58,670 bases of DNA, from NCBI GenBank assembly GCA_031550095.1, contig JAVBOX010000047.1, positions 1-58,670 on the forward strand, written 5' to 3'. The notes beneath the pieces are model-generated. The model had not been told where the DNA came from and did not search any database. It saw nothing but the letters and a program-made list of their open reading frames with translations. Source of the stretch: Eubacteriales bacterium (GTDB lineage Bacteria; Bacillota; Clostridia; Christensenellales; Aristaeellaceae). This document shows positions 1-8,539 of this stretch, piece after piece. How positions within the stretch are numbered: position 1 is the first letter of the stretch; each line of letters starts with the position of its first letter. A program made the position numbers and the translations under genes.

Positions 1-76
1 TCGCCTCACGGCGAGAAGGGGTTTTCATTATGAATTATCCCTACTGACGGGAAGCTTTAAGGGGGTGAAATTCCTT

Positions 77-241
77 AAGGCAACACCGCACAAAGGAGCG
101 TCGCCGGCATTGCGAGAGATTTTCGCGCTGATCAAGGAGCCTGGAGAAAGCCGTAGCGGCGCTACAGCGACCGCAAGAGCGACATAGAGCAGCACGAAAA
201 GAGCTGCAAGGACGGTGTGCGCGACTGTGCGGTGTTGCCTT
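77..241. repeat. Family-A long-hairpin intergenic repeat, full copy (~165 bp)
   Basis: Terminal inverted repeats AAGGCAACACCGCACA ... TGTGCGGTGTTGCCTT. Central stem-loop around CCGTAGCGGCGCTAC. Left arm nearly identical to the copy at 1834..1998. The ORF across it (28..255) looks non-coding. Confidence 0.8.
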
Positions 242-279
242 GACAAGAAAAACAACCGCCCGCAGGCGAAGATGGGATC

Positions 280-330
280 CTTAAGGGATGAAATCCCTTA
301 AGTGGGGATCCAAGGGGTGAAACCTCTTGG
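280..330. repeat. Two tandem short hairpins with GAAA-type loops
   Basis: CTTAAGGGA-TGAAA-TCCCTTAAG (perfect 9-bp stem) is followed by CCAAGGGG-TGAAA-CCTCTTGG. A third similar hairpin lies at ~55..80. Each is preceded by GGGATCC or similar. Confidence 0.6.
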
Positions 331-343
331 CGTTCCTTCGTTC

Positions 344-432
344 CTACCGCGACAGCCCCGACCGTAAGAGCGACACAGAGCAGCGCGAAAAGATCCGCAA
401 AGACGGCGTGCGCGATTGTACGGTGTTGCCTT
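344..432. repeat. Family-A repeat, right-arm half copy
   Basis: Matches the right arm of 1834..1998 (GACCGTAAG.GCGACACAGAGCAGCGCGAAAAGATCCGCAAAGACGGCGTGCGCGATTGT.CGGTGTTGCCTTA). The left arm is absent. Confidence 0.75.
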
Positions 433-533
433 AGGCGTTATACCAGTTCGCGCCACAGGGCGCACAAATCGCAATTAAATCTATTTCCCATTTTTCACAT
501 AGACAAATGCCTATAACTGCCGAGCCTAAATGG

Positions 534-562
534 TTTACATGTCGCTGCGAGTGCGGTATACT
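534..562 (+). promoter_or_regulatory. Putative sigma-A promoter (TTTACA-17-TATACT)
   Basis: TTTACA at 534..539, a 17-nt spacer, TATACT at 557..562, upstream of the acyltransferase-like CDS. Confidence 0.4.
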
Positions 563-646
563 GATGCCGTCGCCGTGGAGCACATGGCATGCCGGGTTGT
601 CCCTGGCGATATCCGAATGTCAATCCCCTTTGAAAGGTTTGATTTT

Positions 647-1576
647 ATGTTTGGTTTTCGGCCTGACGGGCGCAGGATCGCGCAAGACGATCCCATTCTG
701 GCTTTCGCGCCGTATCTCATGCCTCAACGGGTGGATGCGCAGGTTCACATCGTTTTGAAAATTGATTGCGACGTGCTCACCAATTACATACGCGCCCAGC
801 GGGAGAAGGGATATTCTTTCTCCTTTATGGATCTTGTCGCGGCGGGTTATGTCCGATCCGTATCTCAAAATCCGGAGCTAAACCGCTTCATATCCAACAA
901 GCAGCTTTATGCCCGCAATTCCATAACCGTATCATTCGCGCTGCTGAAAAAATTTGACGACAGCGATGAAATCAAGGAAACCACGGCAAAGATCAACTTT
1001 AATCCCACGGATACGGTTTATGATGTTCATAATAAGCTACGGAAAGCGATTGACGATAATCGAAAGCCGGAAAACAAGAACAGCGCGGATAAAATCGCCA
1101 GCTTTTTGATGCGTGTTCCCGGCCTGCCCACTTTCGTCGTATCCGTGGTTCGGGTGCTGGACCGGTATGGGATCATTCCCCGCTTTCTGGTCAATGCCAG
1201 CCCGTTTCATACAGGGCTTTTCATCACCAACATGGCCTCCCTCGGTTTGCCCCATGTGAACCACCATATCTATAATTTTGGCAATACCAGCCTCTTTCTT
1301 GCCATTGGCCGGACTGAGCGGGTGCCCACCCCCGGCCCGGACGGCACCACCATATACAAGCGGATGATGCCCATTGGGGTCGTCACCGATGAACGTGTGA
1401 CCAGCGGCGCCGAGTTCGGCCGTGCCTTTGGCTGCTGGCGCGACCTTCTGGCCGACCCTTCCTTGATGGAAATGCCGCCGGAAGATGTCAAAGTGGACTT
1501 CCCCCCGGAAAAGATGCCTGGCTTCAGGCGGAATCGCCGCAGGGAAGAGAAGCAAAGAGCAGCAATGGAGGCGTGA
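647..1576 (+). CDS. Stand-alone 2-oxoacid dehydrogenase E2 / CAT-superfamily acyltransferase catalytic-domain protein
   Basis: ORF 530..1576. The translation resembles an E2 catalytic domain only (HVNHHIYNFG histidine motif) and has no lipoyl or E3-binding domain. Start chosen at ATG 647 (MFGFRPDGRR) because GAAAGG lies 9 nt upstream and the predicted promoter lies upstream. ATG 617 is an alternative. Confidence 0.7.
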   Translation: MFGFRPDGRRIAQDDPILAFAPYLMPQRVDAQVHIVLKIDCDVLTNYIRAQREKGYSFSFMDLVAAGYVRSVSQNPELNRFISNKQLYARNSITVSFALLKKFDDSDEIKETTAKINFNPTDTVYDVHNKLRKAIDDNRKPENKNSADKIASFLMRVPGLPTFVVSVVRVLDRYGIIPRFLVNASPFHTGLFITNMASLGLPHVNHHIYNFGNTSLFLAIGRTERVPTPGPDGTTIYKRMMPIGVVTDERVTSGAEFGRAFGCWRDLLADPSLMEMPPEDVKVDFPPEKMPGFRRNRRREEKQRAAMEA

Positions 1577-1620
1577 GGAACACCGATCTGATGTCGGGAT
1601 TTTGAAGCGTTTGAAACCCC

Positions 1621-1780
1621 GCGCAAAACCGCACAAAGAAATGTCGCGGTCATCGCGAGAAGTAATCCGCTGATCAAGGCGTTTGAAGAAGGTCCGGGAG
1701 CATTATGCAAGGCGGAAAAGCGTCCAGCGTGACAACCCGGGAACGAAGAACGGCAAAGCATAGAGCCAGCCGCGCGTGGC
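1621..1780. repeat. Family-A repeat, degenerate copy
   Basis: The left arm AAACCGCACAAAGAAATGTCGCGGTCATCGCGAGAAGTAATCCGCTGATCAAGG aligns with the family-A left arm. The right arm is strongly diverged and the right terminal repeat is lost. Confidence 0.5.
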
Positions 1781-1833
1781 CGAACGGTATTTCCTTAGCG
1801 GAATACCGGGCTCATTCAAAATCCCCACCCATT

Positions 1834-1998
1834 AGGGCGACACCGCACAAAGGAGCGTCGCCGGCATTGCGAGAGATTTTCGTGCTGATCAAGAAGCCTG
1901 GGGGAAGCCGTAGCAGCGCTACGGCGACCGTAAGCGCGACACAGAGCAGCGCGAAAAGATCCGCAAAGACGGCGTGCGCGATTGTGCGGTGTTGCCTT
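1834..1998. repeat. Family-A long-hairpin intergenic repeat, full copy
   Basis: AGGGCGACACCGCACA ... TGTGCGGTGTTGCCTT. Apex GCCGTAGC-AGC-GCTACGGC is a perfect 8-bp stem. Same orientation as 77..241. Confidence 0.8.
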
Positions 1999-2133
1999 AG
2001 AGATGCCTCCATAAAAAATTCCCCTCATCCGTCGTGAGAGGAAAATGAAGGGATTCCCAAGCGCAAAGCCCTTTGGCAGGATCTAGGGCAGCTCCCAGCG
2101 TTCTCCCCCTCGGTGTCCCAGCCTCGGAAGCTC

Positions 2134-2793
2134 TCACCGTTCCCCGATGACCCACTGGAATATGGGAAGCATCTCGTCGCCCATCCGTTCCGGATGCCAT
2201 TGCACCAGCAGGACATTTTCCCCTTCCACGGCCTCAATCACGCCGTCAGGAGCGATAACGGTCACCTCAACACCTTCTCCCGGCATGTCAATAGCCTGAT
2301 GGTGGCTGCTGTTGACCTTGATTTCCCCTGCTCTCAAGAGGGAGGCGAGTATCGAGTTTGGAGCGACAGCGGCGGAATGGCGGCCCGTAATGTTGCCGCT
2401 ATGCCAGAGCACAGGGTTGAAAGCATCCGGCAGATGCTGAAAGAGGGTTCCGCCCAGAAAGACATTGCCCACCTGACAACCCCTACAAATCCCCAGTACA
2501 CGCTTGCCCAACGCCAAAAAAGCGTCAAAAAGCAGCCGGTCCGATAAATCGCGGGCAGGGTTATCGTAGCTGCACGATACGTGGGGCATCTGCCCAAAAT
2601 GGGTGCTGGGCAAGTCGCCGCCGCCTGGGAGCAGCAGCGCGTCAAACGCTTCCGCCAGAGCCTCGGCATCCGGCTTGTTTTCGGCATACGCGGTGGTGCC
2701 AACAGCCCCCGCTCTCCGCACCGCGTCCAAATAGGACCTTTGAATTTTTACCGTCTTCTCGTCACAATCGCCCGCAATTAGGATCCGCTTCAT
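2134..2793 (-). CDS. Class I glutamine amidotransferase / gamma-glutamyl-GABA hydrolase-like (peptidase C26 family)
   Basis: Translation has GICRGCQ (nucleophile Cys) and VQWHPE (His/Glu) motifs. Start set at MKRILIAGD (ATG 2793), which leaves a 35-nt gap to mtaD. Confidence 0.85.
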   Translation of the reverse strand: MKRILIAGDCDEKTVKIQRSYLDAVRRAGAVGTTAYAENKPDAEALAEAFDALLLPGGGDLPSTHFGQMPHVSCSYDNPARDLSDRLLFDAFLALGKRVLGICRGCQVGNVFLGGTLFQHLPDAFNPVLWHSGNITGRHSAAVAPNSILASLLRAGEIKVNSSHHQAIDMPGEGVEVTVIAPDGVIEAVEGENVLLVQWHPERMGDEMLPIFQWVIGER

Positions 2794-2828
2794 GTTGAAA
2801 AAAATCTCCTTTCGGTCGTCCGATTCCA

Positions 2829-4133
2829 TCAGCGCCCCGTATCCGATTTCAAGCCACCCAAAATCCGCAAGCGAGAGGCCTCCACCTCCCAAATCACCCG
2901 CTCCACATCCATGGTGGGATATTCCCCGTGTTGGTATAGCACCTTCCCATCGCACAGCGTCATCACAATGTCCGAGCCCGAGGAGGTATAGGCCGCGTTG
3001 TTGATCAGGTCATGAATGGGTTGGGCTCCCGGAGAGGACATGTCCAACACGGTCAAGTCCGCCTTGAATCCCTCCCGAATTTCGCCGCAATCGCTCCGTC
3101 CCTGGGCCAAGGCGCCGGCGTGGGTGGCAGCCTCGAAGGCCTCCTTGGGAGAAATCAGCGTTGGATCCATGGAAAAGCCCTTCTGAGCCAGCAAGAAGGT
3201 TCTTAGCTCCTCGATCATGTTCAGATTGTTGTTACTGGCCACGCCATCCGTGCCGATGGCGAAAGCGACGCCTTTTTCCAATGCCCGTTTGGCATCAAAA
3301 ATTCCGCTGCCCAGCTTTAGGTTGGATTTGGGGCATGTGGCCGCTGTGACACCCTTTTCTCTCAGGATGTCCCGATCCCCATCCTCAATCCATACGCAGT
3401 GGGCCGCGGTGGCCCGCACATCGAACGCGCCGCAATCCGCAAAATACCTGACGGGCGTCCGGCCATTCCGGCGGGCTTTGCATTCCTCATGCTCTTTCCG
3501 CGTTTCAGACGCGTGGACATGGATCCGGCATCCAAGGGCCTTTGCATCCTCCGCCAATGCCCGGACCGTTTTCTCATCGGAGGTGTATTCGGCATGGATG
3601 GATAGATCGATGCGGATGCGGCCATTTTCCGCGCCTTGCCAATCGCGGATGGCCTGATGGGCTTCCTTTGTGGCCTTGTTTTCCGCATAAGGCGTGCTAT
3701 CAAAGTTGGTGACCCCATTGGAAAGGTTGGTCTTCGCGCCGCTCTCCGCAAAGGCGCGGGCCATGTCATCCAGCTTGCAATACATATCCGTGGTGGAGGT
3801 GATTCCGTAGCGAACCATTTCCGCGATGCCCAGCAGCGTCGCCCAATAGATATCCCGGCCGGTCATCAGCGCCTCAAAGGGGAAGATTCGCCGCTGGAGC
3901 CATTGATCCAGGGGGAGGCTTTCTCCAAAGCCCCGCATCAGGGTCATGGGCGTATGGCTATGGGCATTGACAAAGCCAGGCAAAAGCAACTTATCCCGGC
4001 CGTTGTACACATTGCCAAAATCCTGGCTTGGCTTCTCGTTTCCTATATAAGCGATCAAATCGCCTTCAATCCCGACATATTGATCCCTTTGAATGCCATC
4101 CGGCGAAAGCACGGCAATTTTGTCAAGAAGCAT
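2829..4133 (-). CDS. mtaD: 5-methylthioadenosine/S-adenosylhomocysteine deaminase (amidohydrolase superfamily)
   Basis: 434 aa. Has PGFVNAHSHTPMTLMRG metal-binding motif and HVHASET and AIGTDG motifs typical of the MtaD/TrzA-type deaminases. Confidence 0.85.
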   Translation of the reverse strand: MLLDKIAVLSPDGIQRDQYVGIEGDLIAYIGNEKPSQDFGNVYNGRDKLLLPGFVNAHSHTPMTLMRGFGESLPLDQWLQRRIFPFEALMTGRDIYWATLLGIAEMVRYGITSTTDMYCKLDDMARAFAESGAKTNLSNGVTNFDSTPYAENKATKEAHQAIRDWQGAENGRIRIDLSIHAEYTSDEKTVRALAEDAKALGCRIHVHASETRKEHEECKARRNGRTPVRYFADCGAFDVRATAAHCVWIEDGDRDILREKGVTAATCPKSNLKLGSGIFDAKRALEKGVAFAIGTDGVASNNNLNMIEELRTFLLAQKGFSMDPTLISPKEAFEAATHAGALAQGRSDCGEIREGFKADLTVLDMSSPGAQPIHDLINNAAYTSSGSDIVMTLCDGKVLYQHGEYPTMDVERVIWEVEASRLRILGGLKSDTGR

Positions 4134-4262
4134 CGCTGTATCCCCCTTTTGTATACGAGCTTGCGCTAAGGAGGGCGCAAATTTGTATTATGCCTATCAT
4201 AGCGCAAAGAGCGGCGGCGGTCAATCTGTGCTTTCTATAATCAGTCGTGTTTTTTCAATCGC

Positions 4263-4291
4263 TTGACAAACATGCGGATTGGCGGTATACT
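4263..4291 (+). promoter_or_regulatory. Putative sigma-A promoter (TTGACA-17-TATACT) for ylxM-ffh
   Basis: TTGACA 4263..4268, a 17-nt spacer, TATACT 4286..4291. Confidence 0.5.
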
Positions 4292-4332
4292 GCAATGGCT
4301 GTCAAGTATTTTCCCTTTACAGGAGAGCGAAT

Positions 4333-4674
4333 ATGGATAAGCGCGTTGACGCAAGCCTGCTGCTTTCCTTTTACGGCCCTGTATTGACGGAGAAGCAGCG
4401 GGAAATGCTTCGCCTTCATTATGAGGACGATCTTTCCCTTTCGGAAATTGCCACGCTGTACAGCGTGACCCGGCAAGGCGCCCATGACGCCATTCGCCGA
4501 GGAGAGCAGCAACTTCTCGCTCTGGAAGCCAAGCTTGGCCTCATGAGCAAGTGGTCCCGTCTATGCGATCAATTGACCGCGTGCCACAGCCATTTGGCCG
4601 GCGGGCAGTATACCGAGGGAATGGCTATTATCGAAGATATTTTGCGCGAGGAGGAAGCAACGGATGGCATTTGA
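4333..4674 (+). CDS. ylxM: YlxM/UPF0122 helix-turn-helix protein (SRP-operon associated)
   Basis: MDKRVDASLLLSFYGPVLTEKQREMLRLHYEDDLSLSEIA is the typical YlxM signature. AGGAGAG lies upstream of ATG 4333. The CDS overlaps the ffh start. Confidence 0.9.
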   Translation: MDKRVDASLLLSFYGPVLTEKQREMLRLHYEDDLSLSEIATLYSVTRQGAHDAIRRGEQQLLALEAKLGLMSKWSRLCDQLTACHSHLAGGQYTEGMAIIEDILREEEATDGI

Positions 4675-5989
4675 GGGATTAACGGAAAAGCTCCAGAGCG
4701 CGTTTAAAAAGCTATCCGGCCGTGGAAAGCTCTCCGAGCAAGACGTAAAGGCCGCTATGCGGGAAGTGCGCATGGCCCTTCTGGAGGCGGATGTTCACTT
4801 TACGGTGGCCAAGGATTTTGTTAGCAATTTAACAAATAGATGCGTTGGGGCGGAAATCCTGAAGAGCATGACCCCTTCACAGATGGTCATTAAGATCGTA
4901 AGCGAGGAACTCACCAACCTGATGGGCGGCACGAACGCCCGTCTTACATGGTCTTCCGCTCCTCAGACGGTATTTATGCTCTGTGGCTTACAAGGCGCGG
5001 GCAAAACCACCATGGCGGGTAAACTGGCGCTTATGCTGCGCAAGCAGGGCAAAAAGCCGCTGCTTGTGGCGTGCGACATCTACCGGCCGGCCGCTATTAA
5101 GCAGTTGCAGATCGTCGGCGAGTCCGTGCAAGTGCCCGTATTTGAGAAGGGCACGCAAAGCCCGGCGCAGACTGCTAAAGAGGCGATTGAGCATGCCCGG
5201 TATTACGGCATGGATACGCTGATCATCGATACCGCCGGGCGCCTTCACATTGACGAAGCGCTGATGGAGGAGCTAAAGCAGCTGAAAGCGGCTGTGCGCC
5301 CGCAGGAAATTCTTCTGGTTGTGGACGCCATGACCGGCCAGGACGCGGTTTCTGTGGCGGACACCTTCAACAAACAGCTGACCATCGACGGCGTTATTCT
5401 TACCAAATTGGACGGCGATACCCGGGGCGGCGCCGCCCTGTCTGTCCGGGCGGTAACAGGCAAGCCCATTAAGTTCAGCGGTATTTCCGAAAAGATGGAC
5501 GGCATTGAGCCATTCTATCCGGACAGAATGGCCTCCCGCATTCTCGGCATGGGCGATATGCTTTCCCTCATTGAAAAGGATCAGGAATCCTTTGATAAGG
5601 AGTCCGCGGAAAAGCTAGCCCGCCGCGCCAGAGACGCAGCCTTCACCCTGGAGGATTATCTCGATCAAATTCAGCAGATGAAGAAGATGGGATCCATGGA
5701 ATCCATGCTGAAGATGATTCCCGGCCTTGGCAACAAGTTGAAGGATGTGCAGATCAAGGAAGACGCATGGAAGAAACCGGAGGCCATCATCCGCTCCATG
5801 ACCCAGGAAGAACGGCGGCATCCCGAGGTGCTTAACGCCTCCAGAAGGCGGCGAATTGCCACCGGCAGCGGAACCACCGTGCAGGATGTGAACCAGATGA
5901 TAAAGCAATTCGATTCCGCCAAGCAAATGATGAAGCAAATGATGGGCGGCAAGTTTGGTGGAAGGCGCATGCGTCTCCCGGGCCTTTGA
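4664..5989 (+). CDS. ffh: Signal recognition particle protein Ffh
   Basis: 441 aa. GLQGAGKTT P-loop, DTAGR and TKLDGD GTPase motifs, and a Met-rich C-terminal M domain. Confidence 0.97.
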   Translation: MAFEGLTEKLQSAFKKLSGRGKLSEQDVKAAMREVRMALLEADVHFTVAKDFVSNLTNRCVGAEILKSMTPSQMVIKIVSEELTNLMGGTNARLTWSSAPQTVFMLCGLQGAGKTTMAGKLALMLRKQGKKPLLVACDIYRPAAIKQLQIVGESVQVPVFEKGTQSPAQTAKEAIEHARYYGMDTLIIDTAGRLHIDEALMEELKQLKAAVRPQEILLVVDAMTGQDAVSVADTFNKQLTIDGVILTKLDGDTRGGAALSVRAVTGKPIKFSGISEKMDGIEPFYPDRMASRILGMGDMLSLIEKDQESFDKESAEKLARRARDAAFTLEDYLDQIQQMKKMGSMESMLKMIPGLGNKLKDVQIKEDAWKKPEAIIRSMTQEERRHPEVLNASRRRRIATGSGTTVQDVNQMIKQFDSAKQMMKQMMGGKFGGRRMRLPGL

Positions 5990-6075
5990 TTCATCACGAA
6001 TAAGACAGGCGTACCCGGCCGCAGGCCGTATGCAATAAATTGGGGCAATTCGCCCTCACAGGAGGAACACACACA

Positions 6076-6324
6076 ATGTCCGTAAAAATCAGGCTCAAGC
6101 GTATGGGAATGCGGAAAATGCCCTTCTATCGCATCGTCGTCACGGATAGCCGCAACCCCCGCGACGGGCGCTTCATCGAGGAGATCGGCCATTATGACCC
6201 CCGCCAAAATCCCGCGGAAATTAAGATTGACAACGACGCGGCGAAGAAGTGGATAGGAAATGGCGCTCAGCCGACAGACACGGTCCGGATTCTACTGAAA
6301 AAGTCCGGCGCCATTGAGGGCTAA
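6076..6324 (+). CDS. rpsP: 30S ribosomal protein S16
   Basis: [31 protein letters not shown] lies upstream of ATG 6076. Confidence 0.95.
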   Translation: MSVKIRLKRMGMRKMPFYRIVVTDSRNPRDGRFIEEIGHYDPRQNPAEIKIDNDAAKKWIGNGAQPTDTVRILLKKSGAIEG

Positions 6325-6326
6325 AA

Positions 6327-6554
6327 ATGGCTGAATTGGTTCGGTTTATTGCTCAATCCTTGGTTGAGCACCCGGAAACCGTGGACGTGCGGGAAGTGGA
6401 GACGCCGGATGCCGTCGTCATCGAATTGCGCGTCGCGCCGGAGGATATGGGGAAAGTTATCGGTAAGCAAGGCCGCATCGCCAAGGCGATTCGCTCTGTC
6501 GTGAAAGCCGCCACCCTAAAAAACGCGAAACCCGTTTTCGTGGAGATCGTGTAA
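6327..6554 (+). CDS. KH-domain RNA-binding protein (YlqC family)
   Basis: 75 aa with a GKVIGKQGRIAKAIRSV KH motif, in the conserved position between rpsP and rimM. Confidence 0.9.
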   Translation: MAELVRFIAQSLVEHPETVDVREVETPDAVVIELRVAPEDMGKVIGKQGRIAKAIRSVVKAATLKNAKPVFVEIV

Positions 6555-7064
6555 ATGCTTGAACCCTATCTTGCCGTCGGGGAAATTTTGCGGCCCCAAG
6601 GACTGCACGGAGAGGTTAAGATAAAGCCTCTCACAGATGACCCGGAGCGGCTTTTTGACGTCAAGCGCATTCGCCTGAATGGGGCGATGCGGACTTTGCA
6701 TTGCCTTCGAGTGCAGGAAGGGCACGCCTATGTGCGCCTTGAGGGGGTCTATAGCCGCGACGCAGCGGAAGCCCTCCGGGGCGCTTTGCTCTATGTCGCC
6801 CGGGAAGATGCCGCTCCCCTTTCCCAGGATGCAAATTATATCTGCGATTTGATCGGCTGCCAGGCCACGGACACGGAGGGGGTTGTTCACGGGATTTTAA
6901 CGGATGTCCTTCAACCTGGCGGCGTGGACGTCTATGTGTTCCAGGGCGAAGGCGGCGAGCTCATGGTGCCGGCGCTGAAGAAGACGGTTCTCTCCGTTGA
7001 CGTGGCGGAAAAGCGTATTCTTCTAGACGCTGAAAGCCTTCGCGAAACCTCGGTGTATACCTGA
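6555..7064 (+). CDS. rimM: 16S rRNA processing protein RimM
   Basis: 169 aa. G.I.RPQGLHGEVKIKPLTD N-terminus and a PRC-barrel C-terminus. Operon context supports the call. Confidence 0.93.
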   Translation: MLEPYLAVGEILRPQGLHGEVKIKPLTDDPERLFDVKRIRLNGAMRTLHCLRVQEGHAYVRLEGVYSRDAAEALRGALLYVAREDAAPLSQDANYICDLIGCQATDTEGVVHGILTDVLQPGGVDVYVFQGEGGELMVPALKKTVLSVDVAEKRILLDAESLRETSVYT

Positions 7065-7798
7065 TGCGCGTTACCATCCTCACCATTTTCCCGCGGATAT
7101 TTGACTCGTTTCTTGGAGAGAGCATCCTTGGCCGCGCCATCGCGGCTGGACATCTTTCTATCGACGTGGTCAATCTGCGGGATTTTTCAACACGCAAACA
7201 CCGGAATACGGATGACGATCCCTTTGGGGGCGGCGCGGGCATGGTGATGCTGGCCCAACCCATTGTAGACGCCATGCGGCACATTGCCAGTGAGGCCCCC
7301 ATTGATCGGCGCATTTACCTGTCGCCTCGCGGCGAAACCCTTACTCAAAAGCGCGCGGAGGCACTGTCCTCCCTTTCCCATATTGCGCTGCTTTGCGGGC
7401 ATTACGAGGGCGTTGACCAGCGGGCCATTGACCGCTGCATCGACGAGGAGCTTTCCATTGGAGATTATGTTCTCACCGGCGGAGAAACCGCGGCGCTTGT
7501 GCTGATCGATTGTGTGGCAAGGCTCATTCCAGGCGTTCTTGGCCACGCGTCCTCCGCAGAGGATGAGTCTTTCTCCTCTGGTCTGCTTGAATACCCTCAG
7601 TACACGCGGCCCAGGAGCTTTCTTGGGGCAGATGTGCCAGAGGTGCTTTTGAATGGCAACCATGCGGAAATTGTAAAATGGCGGCGGGAACAAGCCCTTC
7701 GAATTACCTGGGAGCGGCGCCGCGATATGCTTGGCAAAGTCGAGTTGACGGATAGGGAGCGCGGATTGATTGAGAAGTGGGGAAGTGGCTTGGATTGA
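7064..7798 (+). CDS. trmD: tRNA (guanine37-N1)-methyltransferase TrmD
   Basis: 244 aa with ILTIFP, DDDPFGGGAGMVM and LLCGHYEGVDQR motifs. Confidence 0.96.
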   Translation: MRVTILTIFPRIFDSFLGESILGRAIAAGHLSIDVVNLRDFSTRKHRNTDDDPFGGGAGMVMLAQPIVDAMRHIASEAPIDRRIYLSPRGETLTQKRAEALSSLSHIALLCGHYEGVDQRAIDRCIDEELSIGDYVLTGGETAALVLIDCVARLIPGVLGHASSAEDESFSSGLLEYPQYTRPRSFLGADVPEVLLNGNHAEIVKWRREQALRITWERRRDMLGKVELTDRERGLIEKWGSGLD

Positions 7799-7855
7799 GC
7801 GGAGTAAGCTCTTGGTTCCGTTTGGTATCACCCTGATTCAATTTGTGCCCGACGA

Positions 7856-8390
7856 TTAAACCCCGCCGCCAAGAAAATCCGGCGAAACCAGGCGGCATAC
7901 GGCATCATTGCCGGGGGGAACGACCTGCTTTCCCGGTGAAACGAGGCATATCCATACGATTGACGCACCTTGAGGTAAAGTGGGAAAGAAGGCTGTTCTT
8001 CTGGATTTGCGGCCGACAATGCTCCTCACCAGCGGTTCTCCGCGCTGTACCCCGTGTTCATGATATAGAAAAGTATTGATCCCAGTTTCGTCCAGACAGG
8101 CGATTTGCTCTGGCGGAACTCCCGTGATTTCCGCCAGATATTCAACCACTTGCCCGGGTTTCTGATCACGGTACCGCTTGCTCTTTTTACGCATGATTCC
8201 CAGCCGCTTGAACGCTTTGAGCACCGCCGTATCCGAACAGCCAACGCATCGCCGATTTACCGCAAGCAGGCGTCCGGGTGTTCGTTCACGTATGCCGCCA
8301 GTTTCTCGGGATCGCGCTTTTGAACGCGCGGCGCAGGGGCTTTTTTTCCAAGCCTTCGGTCTCCTGATATTGTTGATGCCATCGGTTCAT
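7856..8390 (-). pseudogene. IS630-family transposase remnant (truncated at both ends, frameshifted)
   Basis: The translation matches an IS630-type transposase only when pieced from three frames. Fragments are NRWHQQYQETEGLEKK, APAPRVQKRDPEKLAAYVNEHPDACLR (stop), and AVLKAFKRLGIMRKKSKRYRDQ...ACLDETGINTFLYHEHG. One frame change is at an A7 run. The HTH N-terminus and the DDE C-terminal half are missing, and no terminal inverted repeats were seen. Confidence 0.7.
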
Positions 8391-8425
8391 CGCGTCTAGG
8401 CTGACCCCAAATAGCACCGCCAAAA

Positions 8426-8441
8426 TGTTTCACGTGGAACA
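8426..8441. promoter_or_regulatory. parS (ParB/Spo0J binding site), perfect 16-mer
   Basis: TGTTTCACGTGGAACA is the reverse complement of the Bacillus-type consensus TGTTCCACGTGAAACA. Confidence 0.75.
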
Positions 8442-8505
8442 ATTCGCGGCGCGAATCTTTCCTTTGCCGCGTCCTTCGCTTTGATTCCACCGGGGCCGCC
8501 CAAAA

Positions 8506-8521
8506 TGTTCCACGTGAAACA
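8506..8521. promoter_or_regulatory. parS (ParB/Spo0J binding site), perfect 16-mer
   Basis: TGTTCCACGTGAAACA is an exact match to the consensus. It lies 80 bp from the first site in the opposite orientation. Both sites are preceded by CCAAAA. Confidence 0.75.
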
Positions 8522-8539
8522 TTTTCCGCCCGCTCTCGC

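Noticed and set aside
28-255. ORFs crossing the hairpin repeats (28..255, 1812..2012, 18840..19043, 49360..49551, 50447..50731) were considered as conserved small proteins.
   Set aside because: Their similarity comes from DNA-level repeats. The translations are low-complexity and Arg/Ala/Leu-rich, there are no SD sites, and the palindromic structure gives open frames on both strands.
77-1998. The repeat clusters (families A and B) were considered as a possible CRISPR array.
   Set aside because: The units are ~160 bp and internally palindromic. They are irregularly spaced by whole genes, not by 25-40-bp spacers, and no cas genes are present.
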